Assembly (NCBI GenBank): GCA_963733055.1
Contig: CAVTBR010000002.1
Span: forward strand, 1-64,000
Direction of reading: 5' to 3'
From: Candidatus Bathyarchaeota archaeon
GTDB taxonomy: Archaea; Thermoproteota; Bathyarchaeia; 40CM-2-53-6
DNA: 64,000 bases
This document shows, piece after piece, positions 20,190 to 30,119 of the stretch; the stretch's first letter is position 1; each line of letters begins with the position of its first letter. The notes below the pieces were generated by a model. It was given only the letters and a program-made list of their open reading frames with translations, was not told the origin of the DNA and searched no databases. A program made the position numbers and the translations under genes.

Positions 20190-20966
20190 TTACCTTCGGA
20201 CTTCTTCTACATCTCTATACCATTTCTTACTAGGTCCGACCCTCGCGCGCAATTTCCAGCTCATTGATTTCGGTTGATTGTCGACGATCGTCTGAAGTTT
20301 ATCGACCTTACCCATCACATCGTCCCGGTCTTCTTTAGTGAGTTCTTGGTAGGTCACCAGTTTATCGCGGACTTTCTTCAGGTTGGTTGTGAACGTGTAG
20401 TAGAATCCCCAGTCATCAGATAGCCGTTTGGCGATGTAGCGGGCATCGATGGTTTCCGGACCGCTATCACCGATCTCATGTTCACGCAGAAGCATAGTTG
20501 TGTCCACCGTGTCTTTCTCTTCAAGGTGAACGATCTGCATTTTTTCTAGCAACATATCGGGGAGGGAGATCGTAAGCGGGTCGATCTCTAGTCGGTTCCG
20601 GAACTCTATGTCATGATTCATTTCCAATTTATCGAGGAAAATGTCCACATGCAACCCGTTTGACTTGTTGTCCCAAATAGTTCTTCTATGCCCCCAAAGC
20701 GCCGTGACCATGGGTTGGTCCTCATACCCAAGTTCCCTCATCATCGCATTGACGCGAGAGGATTCCGAAAAGTATGCCGCGAAATCCACATCGGATAGGA
20801 CTCGATTAAGGCGCTCTGTAAGGAAGTTGAATTTCGGGCAATGGGCTTGGAACGCAATTGCGCCGAGCAGTCTTAGGTGAAGGTTTCGTTTTGTTCCTTC
20901 GGCTACGATTCGTGCGCCCTCAGCTCGCATTATTTTCTCGCGTTCAGCAACCTCTTGGTTGTTCAA
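20190..20966 (-). CDS. Uncharacterised nucleotidyltransferase-fold protein
   Basis: RLLGAIAF...SDVDF...HVDIF (hG[GA]-x-DxD-D signature), followed by LLEKMQIV...EKD and DDWG. Confidence 0.7.
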   Translation of the reverse strand: MNNQEVAEREKIMRAEGARIVAEGTKRNLHLRLLGAIAFQAHCPKFNFLTERLNRVLSDVDFAAYFSESSRVNAMMRELGYEDQPMVTALWGHRRTIWDNKSNGLHVDIFLDKLEMNHDIEFRNRLEIDPLTISLPDMLLEKMQIVHLEEKDTVDTTMLLREHEIGDSGPETIDARYIAKRLSDDWGFYYTFTTNLKKVRDKLVTYQELTKEDRDDVMGKVDKLQTIVDNQPKSMSWKLRARVGPSKKWYRDVEEVRR

Positions 20967-21126
20967 ACTTGGAACCGCGCTGATTTGAGTTTAGACGAGG
21001 ACATTTTGTCGGGCTATTAAGCGTTTCAACTCCGTTATCCAAGCAGTCCTTCCAAGTGAAACCTGAAGATGACTGAAAGAAGAACCTTTAACCTGCAATT
21101 ATCCAGAAAAATCCAAACTCTGAGAT

Positions 21127-22443
21127 GTGGCTTGCTTGCGCAAGGAACCTACCCTTTCACATGATGACCATGAGGTTGCTGGGAAGGGTTTCAAGCATTT
21201 GACGCCCACAAACGAGGCGCTTGAGACAGTCATCGGACGTGTTCCAAAGCGCGACATGGAGGTTGAGAACGTTTCAGTGTTGTCTGCTCTCGGCAGGATT
21301 CTCAGCCATGACCTGATATCCCCATCGGATATTCCCCCTTTTGATCGTGCAGCCATGGATGGTTTCGCGGTCAGAGCGGAGGACACGTACGGCGTGTCGG
21401 CCAGCTCACCAATATTACTGAATTCCCTCGGCGGCGTAGCGATTGGCACCCAACCTACTGTGAGCGTTAGAAAAGGCGAGGCCGCGTTCGTCGTTACGGG
21501 TGGTCAGATGCCGCAAGGCGCAAACGCCGTGGTCATGGTCGAGTACACAAGACACGCTGGGGATAGTGGCGTGGAGGTTTCTGGGGAAGTGCATCCGGCG
21601 GAGAACGTTTCGAGAATCGGAGAGGACGTTAGAAAAGGAAGTGTGGTTTTGAGAGCGGGGACACGACTGCTACCGCAAGATATTGGCATGCTAGCATACC
21701 TTAGATTCCTAAAAGTCGCTGTAAGGCGGAAGCTCAAAATCGCTGTGCTCTCGACGGGGAATGAAATCCAAGAAGAACCTGAGGCGAAATCAGGCAAAAT
21801 TCCCGATGTCAACCGTCCCACCTTGTTAAGTGCTGTTCGCGAACTAGGCTGCGAACCCATCGACATGGGCATTGTACCGGACGAGTTTAGTGAGATACAG
21901 GAAAAGCTGCAAGAGGCGTTTGATGCGAGCGACCTTATTCTCGTTACGGCAGGTACGTCGGTCGGACCCGGCGACATGGTGCCCAGAGTGATTGACTCTC
22001 TGGGCAAACCGGGAATGTTGGTGCATGGGGTTGCGATGCGGCCTTCGATGCCCACTGGTTTGGGAGTCGTGAACGGAAAACCAATCGTGTCACTACCAGG
22101 CTATCCCGTTTCAGCTTATCTCGCCTTCCTCGAATTCGTCCCGACATTAGTCAATCACCTTCTCGGAACGAACTCGCTACCCAGGCCCACGGTTAGGGTT
22201 AAGCTCCGTAGGCGTGTTGCGGGAGTGTTGGGTTCCAGAACCTACGTGCGTATTCAGGTTGCGGAAAGCGGAGGCAGCCTGTTTGCCGATCCAGTCAGAA
22301 CCTCGGGCGCCGGAATCCTCAGTAGCTTGGTTCAAGCTAACGGTTTTCTCATCGTGCCCGAACACGTCGAGGGTTATGAAGAGGGTGAAATGGTCGAAGT
22401 TGAACTCTTCAGAGCAGTGGAGCGAGAGCAAGCTGACAAGTGA
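21127..22443 (+). CDS. moeA: Molybdopterin molybdo/tungstotransferase MoeA
   Basis: PPFDRAAMDGFAV, STGNE, GTSVG and LPGYP motifs. Confidence 0.95.
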   Translation: MACLRKEPTLSHDDHEVAGKGFKHLTPTNEALETVIGRVPKRDMEVENVSVLSALGRILSHDLISPSDIPPFDRAAMDGFAVRAEDTYGVSASSPILLNSLGGVAIGTQPTVSVRKGEAAFVVTGGQMPQGANAVVMVEYTRHAGDSGVEVSGEVHPAENVSRIGEDVRKGSVVLRAGTRLLPQDIGMLAYLRFLKVAVRRKLKIAVLSTGNEIQEEPEAKSGKIPDVNRPTLLSAVRELGCEPIDMGIVPDEFSEIQEKLQEAFDASDLILVTAGTSVGPGDMVPRVIDSLGKPGMLVHGVAMRPSMPTGLGVVNGKPIVSLPGYPVSAYLAFLEFVPTLVNHLLGTNSLPRPTVRVKLRRRVAGVLGSRTYVRIQVAESGGSLFADPVRTSGAGILSSLVQANGFLIVPEHVEGYEEGEMVEVELFRAVEREQADK

Positions 22444-24427
22444 TAGAAAGGTCTTCCGCGACCTCCAAAGCCTAGAGGATGCAAATTCCAAATTCTGGGC
22501 GACATATCACGAAAGTACCCGGAGCGTTGAGAAGGTTCCGCTTGAGCATGCCCTTGGGAGGGTACTCGCGGAAGACGTTTTTTCCGGAATAGATGTACCT
22601 GGTTTTGATCGTGCTGCGATGGACGGCTTCGCAGTTACGGCTGCAAACACTTTTGCAGCGGACGAGCAAAACCCCGTAAAGTTGAAGGTACTGGCCGACG
22701 TCGAAGCCGGGGACTCGGGGGGATATTCGACCTCGTCTAAGGAATCGTTGGAGATAGCTACTGGTGCGCCGATGCCGAAAGGTACCGACGCCGTGGTAAT
22801 GGTAGAATATACGAAGAAAACTGGATCTGAGGTTCTCGTTTACAGACCAGTTTCCCCTGGCGAGAACGTGACCGGGGCGGGTAGCGATATTATGACGGGG
22901 GAGCTTTTGCTTCGCAAATTCGAGCGAATAACTCCGCGCGAGATAGGACTACTTGCAGCTATTGGCTTGTCCTCAGTTTCAGTATATCGAAAACCACGCG
23001 TCGCGATATTCTCAAGCGGAAACGAACTCATTAAGCCCGGCGACTCGCTTCGGTTCGCGAAGATCTACGACATCAACGGCCCAGCGGTCTCTGCCGCCGT
23101 TGCCGAGTGCGGAGGCGAGCCTCAATTCTTGGGCATCCTACCGGACAATTACTCCGCCGTCAAAGACAGCCTCGAATCAGCCCTGAAGGAGGCGGACATA
23201 GTCATCTCTTCAGGAAGCACATCCTCGGGCCCGGGTGACCTATTCTACCGAGCCGTAGACGACCTTGGAGAACCGGGCGTGATCGTGCACGGCTTGACTC
23301 TGAAACCCGGGAAACCAGCACTGCTCGGGATGGTCAGAGGTAAACCGATTTTCGGATTGCCAGGCTACCCCACATCCGCACTAATGATCTTCCATATGCT
23401 CGTCGCCCCGATAATTCGCAAGCTCGCGAATGCACCAGAAGTTGCCCCCGTCAAGGTTACCGCTGTTTCGCCGATGAAATTCTTCAAAGCCCGCGGACGC
23501 CGAGAGCTACTCCCAGTCCAGCTGATAACCACGCCCAACGGCGCACTGATCGCATACCCGATGCAAAGCGGATCCGGGGCTGTAAGCTCATTCTCCATGG
23601 CGGATGGCTTTGCGGACCTTCCCGAGACGCAAGAGTACGTGGACGAAGGTGAGAGGATGGAAATCCAACTGTTTGGAAGAGAGCTATCGCCTGCGTCGCT
23701 GGTCGTGATAGGTAGTAACTGCGTCGGATCGGATATCGCGTTCAGTATGCTGAAGGAGCATGATCCGAATTTTCTTGGAAGAACCATAAACGTTGGCTCC
23801 GTCGGCGGCTTCCACGCCATCAAGCGCGGTGAGGCTGATATGGCCGGAGTTCACCTTCAGGATGAAGCAAGCGGAGAATACAATCTGCCCTTCCTCTCGT
23901 CCTACGGCCTCAAACAATCAGCCATCTTGGTACGAGGTTACGACCGTGAACAAGGCTTGATCGTTAAAGATGGAAACCCGAAGAAAATCTTGGAAATCCG
24001 GGACCTCCTCCGACCTGACGTTCGCTTCATCAACCGTAACAAAGGGTCCGGGACGAGGCTTCTCATCGACCGCCACCTAACCACTCTCGCCTCATCCATA
24101 GGGACCGACCTCGACGGTCTCTCGATCAAGATTCAGGGATACGGCTATGAGGTAAAGTCACATTCAGCCGTAGCGGCAGCGGTGAAGAACGACCGCGCAG
24201 ACGTAGGGTTCGGCATCAGAACCGTCGCCGAAGTGCCCGGTCTAGACTTCATCAAGCTAGACGACGAAAAATATGACTTCCTGATTGGAAAGGACCGTAT
24301 GACCAAGAAACAGGTACAAGCATTCGTCGATCTGTTAGCATCTAAGGAATTCTCTACGGCCCTTCGAACTCGCGCCCCTGGACTCAGTAGCAATCAACAA
24401 TCTGGGACAATATTGTTTCAGCCGTAA
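22433..24427 (+). CDS. moeA: MoeA fused to a C-terminal substrate-binding (PBP) domain
   Basis: DRAAMDG, SSGNE, KPGKP and LPGYP, then GSVGG and FINRNKGSGTR. True start is probably near 22433, not 22214. Confidence 0.9.
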   Translation: MTSDRKVFRDLQSLEDANSKFWATYHESTRSVEKVPLEHALGRVLAEDVFSGIDVPGFDRAAMDGFAVTAANTFAADEQNPVKLKVLADVEAGDSGGYSTSSKESLEIATGAPMPKGTDAVVMVEYTKKTGSEVLVYRPVSPGENVTGAGSDIMTGELLLRKFERITPREIGLLAAIGLSSVSVYRKPRVAIFSSGNELIKPGDSLRFAKIYDINGPAVSAAVAECGGEPQFLGILPDNYSAVKDSLESALKEADIVISSGSTSSGPGDLFYRAVDDLGEPGVIVHGLTLKPGKPALLGMVRGKPIFGLPGYPTSALMIFHMLVAPIIRKLANAPEVAPVKVTAVSPMKFFKARGRRELLPVQLITTPNGALIAYPMQSGSGAVSSFSMADGFADLPETQEYVDEGERMEIQLFGRELSPASLVVIGSNCVGSDIAFSMLKEHDPNFLGRTINVGSVGGFHAIKRGEADMAGVHLQDEASGEYNLPFLSSYGLKQSAILVRGYDREQGLIVKDGNPKKILEIRDLLRPDVRFINRNKGSGTRLLIDRHLTTLASSIGTDLDGLSIKIQGYGYEVKSHSAVAAAVKNDRADVGFGIRTVAEVPGLDFIKLDDEKYDFLIGKDRMTKKQVQAFVDLLASKEFSTALRTRAPGLSSNQQSGTILFQP

Positions 24428-24436
24428 TTTGCGTGT

Positions 24437-25495
24437 TCAAAGAACCTCTACCGACGTCGCCTTGAAGAAAGCGTGCACGTCAGACCCAATGTTGAGCTGC
24501 ATCTCAAAGAATGATCGCCGCGTAACGATTGCCGTTATTCGTGCGTCCCCTGAGATTCTGAGCCTGATTGTTGGGCCGAGATCGGTCACTTCGGTCACTT
24601 TTCCATGGAATCTATTTCGCGCGCTAGAGTCCACACTGTGTTTGGATACGATAATGTTCTCGGGTTTAACGTGAACCATAACCTCACCCGTCCGATCGGT
24701 TATTGCTTCAATTATCCTACCAGCGCCCGTATCGATCAGAGCTAGGTCTTCCTCTCTTCGGACTATGTTTCCTCGAATCAAATTATCTGACCTGAAGATA
24801 GATTCTGCTTCCGGCGATGCTTTCTCAGCAAAGTCCGCGGGCGTTCCGACCTCAAGCATTCTACCGCTTCTCATCACACCAATTCTCTCCGCCACCGATG
24901 CAGCTTCTAATTGATCGTGGGTCACGTGGATGACTGTCACTCCAGTCTCTTTGTGAACGCGCCGTAGGTAATCTAGAATCGAACTCTTAGTTTCAGCATC
25001 AACCGCCGATAGCGGTTCATCGAGCAACACCGCGCGGGGTTCTACGGCGAGCGCACGAGCGAGAGAGACTCTTTGTCTTTCGCCGCCGCTTAGGTTTCGC
25101 GGAAATCGATTGACGAGTTGTGAGATTCCGAGTAGCTCCATCAGATGATTCGATTTGGATTTGCGTTCTTGTTCAGGGATTCCTTTGGCTTGTAAACCAA
25201 ATTCAATATTCTTCCGTACCGTCATGTTGTTGAAGAGCAGCTGGTTTTGCGGGGCGTAGCTGATCCTGCGCTTCTCGGGAGGAAGTTTGGAAACGTCTTC
25301 TCCACCCACAATTATGCGTCCTTCGCTGGGAGAGTAGGCGCCGGCGATTGCTTCCAGAAGCAGCGTCTTTCCTGAGCCTGTCGGGCCGAGTAAAACAAAG
25401 TAGCTTCCCTGAGGGATCGATAGGTTGATGTTTTTTAGCGCAAATTGCTCCCATTTGTGGGATAGGCTCTGGACTACGACTCCGTCGCTCATCAT
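24437..25495 (-). CDS. wtpC: Tungstate/molybdate ABC transporter ATPase with TOBE domain
   Basis: GPTGSGKT, LSGGERQR, LLDEP; SSARN TOBE motif. Confidence 0.85.
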   Translation of the reverse strand: MMSDGVVVQSLSHKWEQFALKNINLSIPQGSYFVLLGPTGSGKTLLLEAIAGAYSPSEGRIIVGGEDVSKLPPEKRRISYAPQNQLLFNNMTVRKNIEFGLQAKGIPEQERKSKSNHLMELLGISQLVNRFPRNLSGGERQRVSLARALAVEPRAVLLDEPLSAVDAETKSSILDYLRRVHKETGVTVIHVTHDQLEAASVAERIGVMRSGRMLEVGTPADFAEKASPEAESIFRSDNLIRGNIVRREEDLALIDTGAGRIIEAITDRTGEVMVHVKPENIIVSKHSVDSSARNRFHGKVTEVTDLGPTIRLRISGDARITAIVTRRSFFEMQLNIGSDVHAFFKATSVEVL

Positions 25496-26316
25496 TTGTC
25501 CCTCTTTCTCTGAACCAGCTTAAACATGATGAAGATCGCCAGGTTGATGAAGATCATGAGGGCCGCGACGTTGACGGACCCAGGGCTGAGGACTACGCCG
25601 TTTGAGATGGATTCGTGTAACCCATAACCCGCGTACAGGTTCCAAATCAGGATTGAAGCGACGGCCGGGTAGTAGGCCATTATGAAAAGGGCGCCGACCT
25701 CGCTCGACGCTCTCGCCCAAGTCAATATTGCGCCCGTAACTACTGAGCGCCAAATGTTTGGAAGAGTTACCTTAAGGAAAGTGAAGGTTGAGGATGCGCC
25801 TAGGCTTCGGGAAACGAGTTCCAGTTTGGGGTCTAGGGATTTGATGGCCTCTTCCACTTGCTTGACCGTATATGTGGCGCTGACGAAGATGAGGGTTAGG
25901 ACGATTGCTGCGACGTTATTTGTTAGCTTGATTCCGTATCCGTTAAAGGCTGCGCCCACAAGCTCGGCTGAACCGAAGATGGTGATAAGTGCGATTCCCG
26001 CAACTGTGTGAGGGATCATCAGAGGAATCTCGATCACAGAATCAATCAGAGACCTCCCAGGGAACCGGTACTTGCCGAGCAGATAACCCAAAGGCACACC
26101 CAAGACCACCGCCACTAATGCTGTCAACCCGGAAGTGTAGATAGTCAGTGCGATCGCAGATACCGCTTCTGAGTTATTGAGGGCCAGCAGCAATCCAGGG
26201 AGACTGCTAGTTCCGATGAGGCTGAGAACGGGCGAGAACAGGAGGAAGAACAGGATTCCGCTTAGAAGAGAGAGAACAAAGACGAATCTAATTGGAAAAC
26301 CGGGCGACATACGCAA
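25492..26316 (-). CDS. wtpB: Tungstate/molybdate ABC permease
   Basis: IPLMIPHTVAGIAL, SLGAS and WARASSEVGA motifs. Confidence 0.85.
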   Translation of the reverse strand: MRMSPGFPIRFVFVLSLLSGILFFLLFSPVLSLIGTSSLPGLLLALNNSEAVSAIALTIYTSGLTALVAVVLGVPLGYLLGKYRFPGRSLIDSVIEIPLMIPHTVAGIALITIFGSAELVGAAFNGYGIKLTNNVAAIVLTLIFVSATYTVKQVEEAIKSLDPKLELVSRSLGASSTFTFLKVTLPNIWRSVVTGAILTWARASSEVGALFIMAYYPAVASILIWNLYAGYGLHESISNGVVLSPGSVNVAALMIFINLAIFIMFKLVQRKRDK

Positions 26317-26418
26317 AGCAATACCCTCAAGGAATCAATAGCCATGGATGACCATTTCAATGTAGCCCGTCATGGCGACCTACGCCTTGGGCGAGGAGAC
26401 TCAAGGGGAACGGTGGGT

Positions 26419-27435
26419 TCAGGAGGCTTCTTTGATGGTAATGCCGGCTTGGGTTATCGCCTGGATAATGTCAGTTGGAACGGCGCTCTGATTGTAGATG
26501 TAGACCGGATTCAAGGGCTTGAGACCGCTTGCGCTGAGAATTTGTTGTCCCTGAGAACTGAATAGAGCTTTGACGAAGGCTATCGCCATGGACGTATCAG
26601 GACTGTTATTCGGAATCGTGAGGGCATAGAGGATCGGCGCCCCTGTAACCTGCTTCCCACTAACAGTCACATTCGCCGTCGCATACCAGTCCGCCTGCGA
26701 CAGATCCGATAGGTCTACCTTAGGGTCGAGGGTAAGGTACTGAAACTTGTGCGAGATCGCTTCAGAGGAATAGGTAAGGACGTAGTCCACCGCGCCTGTC
26801 TCTAGCTGTGCGTCCAGGGTTGTTTCTGTTGGGACGATTACGAGTTGATGTTGCGCCGCCTTGGTGACGTATAGCTGGTCGTACAAGTAGCTTGAGTTTT
26901 GGTAGTACAACAGGCCTGCGAGTTGAAGCATTATGATTGCCTGTGAGCCACTAGGGTCCGTATCTTTGTTAGAGACACCTACGACAACCCCCGGCTGCGT
27001 TATCACTTGGTACCAGTTTTGTGGAGTTATCTCGCCTGCAGATTTGCTATGATTAGTGTAAACGACACTCATCGCGTTAGATGCGAAGATAATGTACCAT
27101 GAGGCATGTGAAGGGATCAGTTGCTCTGGGATGATGCGGTAGTCGGCTGATGCGAAGATGTCAAATGACTTGTTGGCTTGGGTGATTTCGTTCGCTGCTA
27201 ATCGACTGCCCTCGAAAATGTAATTGTAGCTGAGAGTTGAGTATTGGGAACGCACGACATTGTTAACGATCCCATTGAAAGGCACCTGGAGCGTTCCAGC
27301 AGCATCTATCAGCAGAGTTGTGGACGGGTGAGTAGAACTCAGCCCCGAGTAATATCCGACCACATAACCGACTCCTAATCCTAACGCCAGGGACAGTATA
27401 AGGGCGACTTTGCCATATTTCACAATCAAACTCAT
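26419..27435 (-). CDS. wtpA: Tungstate/molybdate-binding protein
   Basis: AAGTL, EGSR, ASADY, DPSG, ET and Y.SEA pattern of WtpA; N-terminal TM anchor. Confidence 0.85.
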   Translation of the reverse strand: MSLIVKYGKVALILSLALGLGVGYVVGYYSGLSSTHPSTTLLIDAAGTLQVPFNGIVNNVVRSQYSTLSYNYIFEGSRLAANEITQANKSFDIFASADYRIIPEQLIPSHASWYIIFASNAMSVVYTNHSKSAGEITPQNWYQVITQPGVVVGVSNKDTDPSGSQAIIMLQLAGLLYYQNSSYLYDQLYVTKAAQHQLVIVPTETTLDAQLETGAVDYVLTYSSEAISHKFQYLTLDPKVDLSDLSQADWYATANVTVSGKQVTGAPILYALTIPNNSPDTSMAIAFVKALFSSQGQQILSASGLKPLNPVYIYNQSAVPTDIIQAITQAGITIKEAS

Positions 27436-27571
27436 CGATATCCAAGCCCCACGTTTTCCGATAGTAGTGGGCGTACTTTACGGTGTCATTGATATGTATT
27501 ACCATACACTTCAATTGTCGATTCCAGCCTGTCGTGTCGAGGCGAGGAGAATTCCGGGACGTTGGTTTGGC

Positions 27572-27961
27572 TTAACTGGTCTTGGTGATTCGGTTTTCGA
27601 TCGTTCTCAGACTCTTGTGTGATAGTGTTCGATGGATGTGGGCTTCGGTGGACTTGAAGTCTTGCAGCAGCATTTTTGCTACGGGAGTGAGGACGGTCCC
27701 TCCTCCACCCTTTTTCCTCGTGTGGGGCGTTCCCCCTCGGTGTGTCGTAATCAATGGTCGCCCGAGTCTCTGTTTCATTCTGCCGAGGTAGTCCCAGACG
27801 AACTTATAGGACATGTCAAGCTCTTCAGCGGCCATTGCTATCGATCCGTGCTCGTCGATAGATTCCAAGATTTGCGCCCCTCCTTTTCCCAAGATCCTTT
27901 CTCCGTCTGCATTGAGATATAGCCTAAAGTCGTAGTGTAGGAGCGTTTTGCGTCTCTTCAC
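27572..27961 (-). CDS. modE: ModE-family winged-helix regulator (N-terminal domain only)
   Basis: GKGGAQILESIDEHGSI..AA..L.MSY..VW...RGG...GGGT.LT; adjacent to wtpA. Confidence 0.85.
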   Translation of the reverse strand: MKRRKTLLHYDFRLYLNADGERILGKGGAQILESIDEHGSIAMAAEELDMSYKFVWDYLGRMKQRLGRPLITTHRGGTPHTRKKGGGGTVLTPVAKMLLQDFKSTEAHIHRTLSHKSLRTIENRITKTS

Positions 27962-28081
27962 GGTCTACCACAGAGCTGAGTCTGTTGTAGGCGCTTCTTT
28001 ACTGTTCCTTCTCATGGTAACGTAATGTTTTCGTCTGATACAGCCCCAAACGCAAGCCGATTGAAATCAAAATAAAAGCGA

Positions 28082-28102
28082 CTGAGGGTAACCGTAACTC
28101 CT
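28082..28102 (+). repeat. Degenerate copy of the mobile-element end motif (CTGAGGGTAACCGTAACTCCT)
   Basis: 18/21 identical to 46351-46371. Confidence 0.55.
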
Positions 28103-28137
28103 TTTGGTAAGCTTACACGTTCCGCACTCGTGCCAAT

Positions 28138-28914
28138 TTGTCCTCTGAGAACACAATCAACATCCCCATCCTAACCGAACTCATCCCAGATGGACTCAAA
28201 CCCGGAACACTATTCCTTGTTGAATTTGACCCGGAATCCCAATGGCTAGCTATCGCAGCGACGATGACGGCAGGTTACCTTATGGCAGGCGGAAGAGTAG
28301 CATACATCGTTGAACTCAGGTCGCCGGAAACCCTAAGGGAGAATCTGCGTGCGTTGGGCGTTGACGTGTCGGCGGTATCTAAGGAAGGCCGTTTTTGGAT
28401 GGTCGACCGGTATTCAGCAACCCTTACTGGAGGCAGACTTGAGGGAGGAAATCCCTCCGTATTCGAACCGATGGAGGGAGGAGTACGTTTCCGTTCTCTG
28501 AAACTTGCTGACCTAAGCGTTCAATGGCTAAAGGAGAAGAACCAAGGCCACGAACCTTGGGTCGTTGTTGATACTTGGCCTCCAGGCGCTCTTGCCATAG
28601 GGGAGTCGATTTCGCAACTGCTTCGATTCAATGAAGAGAAACCCTACCTAGAATTCATAATCAACAGCGGTCACCCAAACGAGCGGAAAGCCAAAAGAAT
28701 AAAGCTCATGGGGATTCTCAGCGATGTTCATACGGAATCATTTTGCAGGAAGCTGGAAAACGACTACGATGGAGTAATCGACTTGCGGGTTATGGAGCGA
28801 GATAAAGAGAAGAAGAGCCTCCTCCGCGTCAGAAGCCTGAAGGGGCAGCGATATGACGATAAATGGCACGAGGTCCAGATTAGGCGAAATGGGGAAGCGA
28901 CACTGGTCGCATAG
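28138..28914 (+). CDS. RAD55/KaiC-like RecA-fold protein with degenerate Walker A
   Basis: IPILTELIPDGL.PG...LVEFDPES (GKT absent), DGVIDLR, LRVRSLKG; typical Bathyarchaeia-type expanded family. Confidence 0.75.
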   Translation: MSSENTINIPILTELIPDGLKPGTLFLVEFDPESQWLAIAATMTAGYLMAGGRVAYIVELRSPETLRENLRALGVDVSAVSKEGRFWMVDRYSATLTGGRLEGGNPSVFEPMEGGVRFRSLKLADLSVQWLKEKNQGHEPWVVVDTWPPGALAIGESISQLLRFNEEKPYLEFIINSGHPNERKAKRIKLMGILSDVHTESFCRKLENDYDGVIDLRVMERDKEKKSLLRVRSLKGQRYDDKWHEVQIRRNGEATLVA

Positions 28915-29082
28915 ACTACTATGTCATGCTAGAATGTGACAGGAACCTCCCGTTACCAAATCCAGCAGACGGTTTGTTACAACGAAACAAAACACGGGTA
29001 ACACGAAGACGATAGGTTACCCTTTTCGTCATCTTCGTTTAGAGACGGCTTGTCGATAGCACATTATCTGGACGATGAGTGT

Positions 29083-30116
29083 TCATATGTGTTTTTCGAA
29101 GTTGAGCGCATTATGGCAGGCCGCGAAGTGGGATGGCGATTTCGCAAGTAGCGGGGGTTCGACTTCTTTGCATATTGTCGTAACGTATTTGCATCTAGGT
29201 GCGAAGACGCATCCAACACGTTCTCCTTGGCTTTCTTCAATTCCTGAGGTGTAGCCTGCGGCGGAGAGAGCTTCTCTTGCCGCTTGCGTTGTTTCAGTCA
29301 GGCGAGGTGTGGCGTTCAAGATGAGTTCGGTGTAGGGGTGATGTGGTTTTGAGAGCAGGGCGTGGGTGGGGCCTATTTCTACGAGTTTTCCTGAGTACAT
29401 GACCGCTGTTCTGTCGCTCGTTATCTTCGCGCTGGCGAGGTCGTGCGTAATCAGTAACATGGTGAAATCTCTTTTAGTTTTGAGTTCGGTTAGGAGGGAG
29501 AGGATGTTCAATCTCTGTGAGGCGTCGAGCATGGTGATTGGTTCATCAGCCACGAGGAGTTTCGGGTTCGGGGCCAGTGCCCTTGCGATGTTAATCCTCT
29601 GCCTCTCTCCCCCGCTTAACTGGTGGGGCAGTTTGTGTATCGTCTCTTTGGGGTCGAGTCCTACTTCGGAAAGTAACCGGTTTACCCTCTCCAGAATTCT
29701 AGCTTCATCCGTCTCGTCTGTCAGGCGCCGTATGGGAATGGAAAGAGTGGTGTAAACGTCTAGGCGGGGGCTCAGGGATTCGAAAGGATCTTGGTAGATT
29801 ACTTGGACGGAGCGCCGATAGTCTTTGAGCGCTCCTCCTTTGAGGGTCGTTACTTCGGTGCCGTTATATTTTATCGAGCCCGACGTCGGGGGAACCAAGC
29901 CCAGTATGCATTTTGCGATCGTTGTCTTTCCGGATCCGCTCTCTCCTACGACGGATAGTACTTCAGATTCGTAGAGCTGGAAGGAAACGCCGTCGACTGC
30001 ATGAACTATCGATTTCGTCCTTCTCAGAGCGCTAAGTAGCTTTGTAAACTTGACTCGGAGATTCGAAACCTCCAAGAGAACCCTTGACGAATCGGTGCGG
30101 GTAATTTCGTTTGCAT
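29083..30116 (-). CDS. oppF: Oligopeptide/dipeptide ABC ATPase (start uncertain)
   Basis: AVDGVSF, GESGSGKT, LSGGERQR, HPYT, C-terminal GC.F..RC...C...ACH. The ATG at 30116 is out of frame with the ORF, so the start is approximate. Confidence 0.85.
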
Positions 30117-30119
30117 CTT

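Noticed and set aside
22214-22432. Long N-terminal extension of the second MoeA
   Set aside because: It overlaps the preceding moeA and lacks homology motifs; an artefact of longest-ORF calling.
27436-27571. ModE operator upstream of wtpA
   Set aside because: Expected from context, but no convincing palindrome could be identified.
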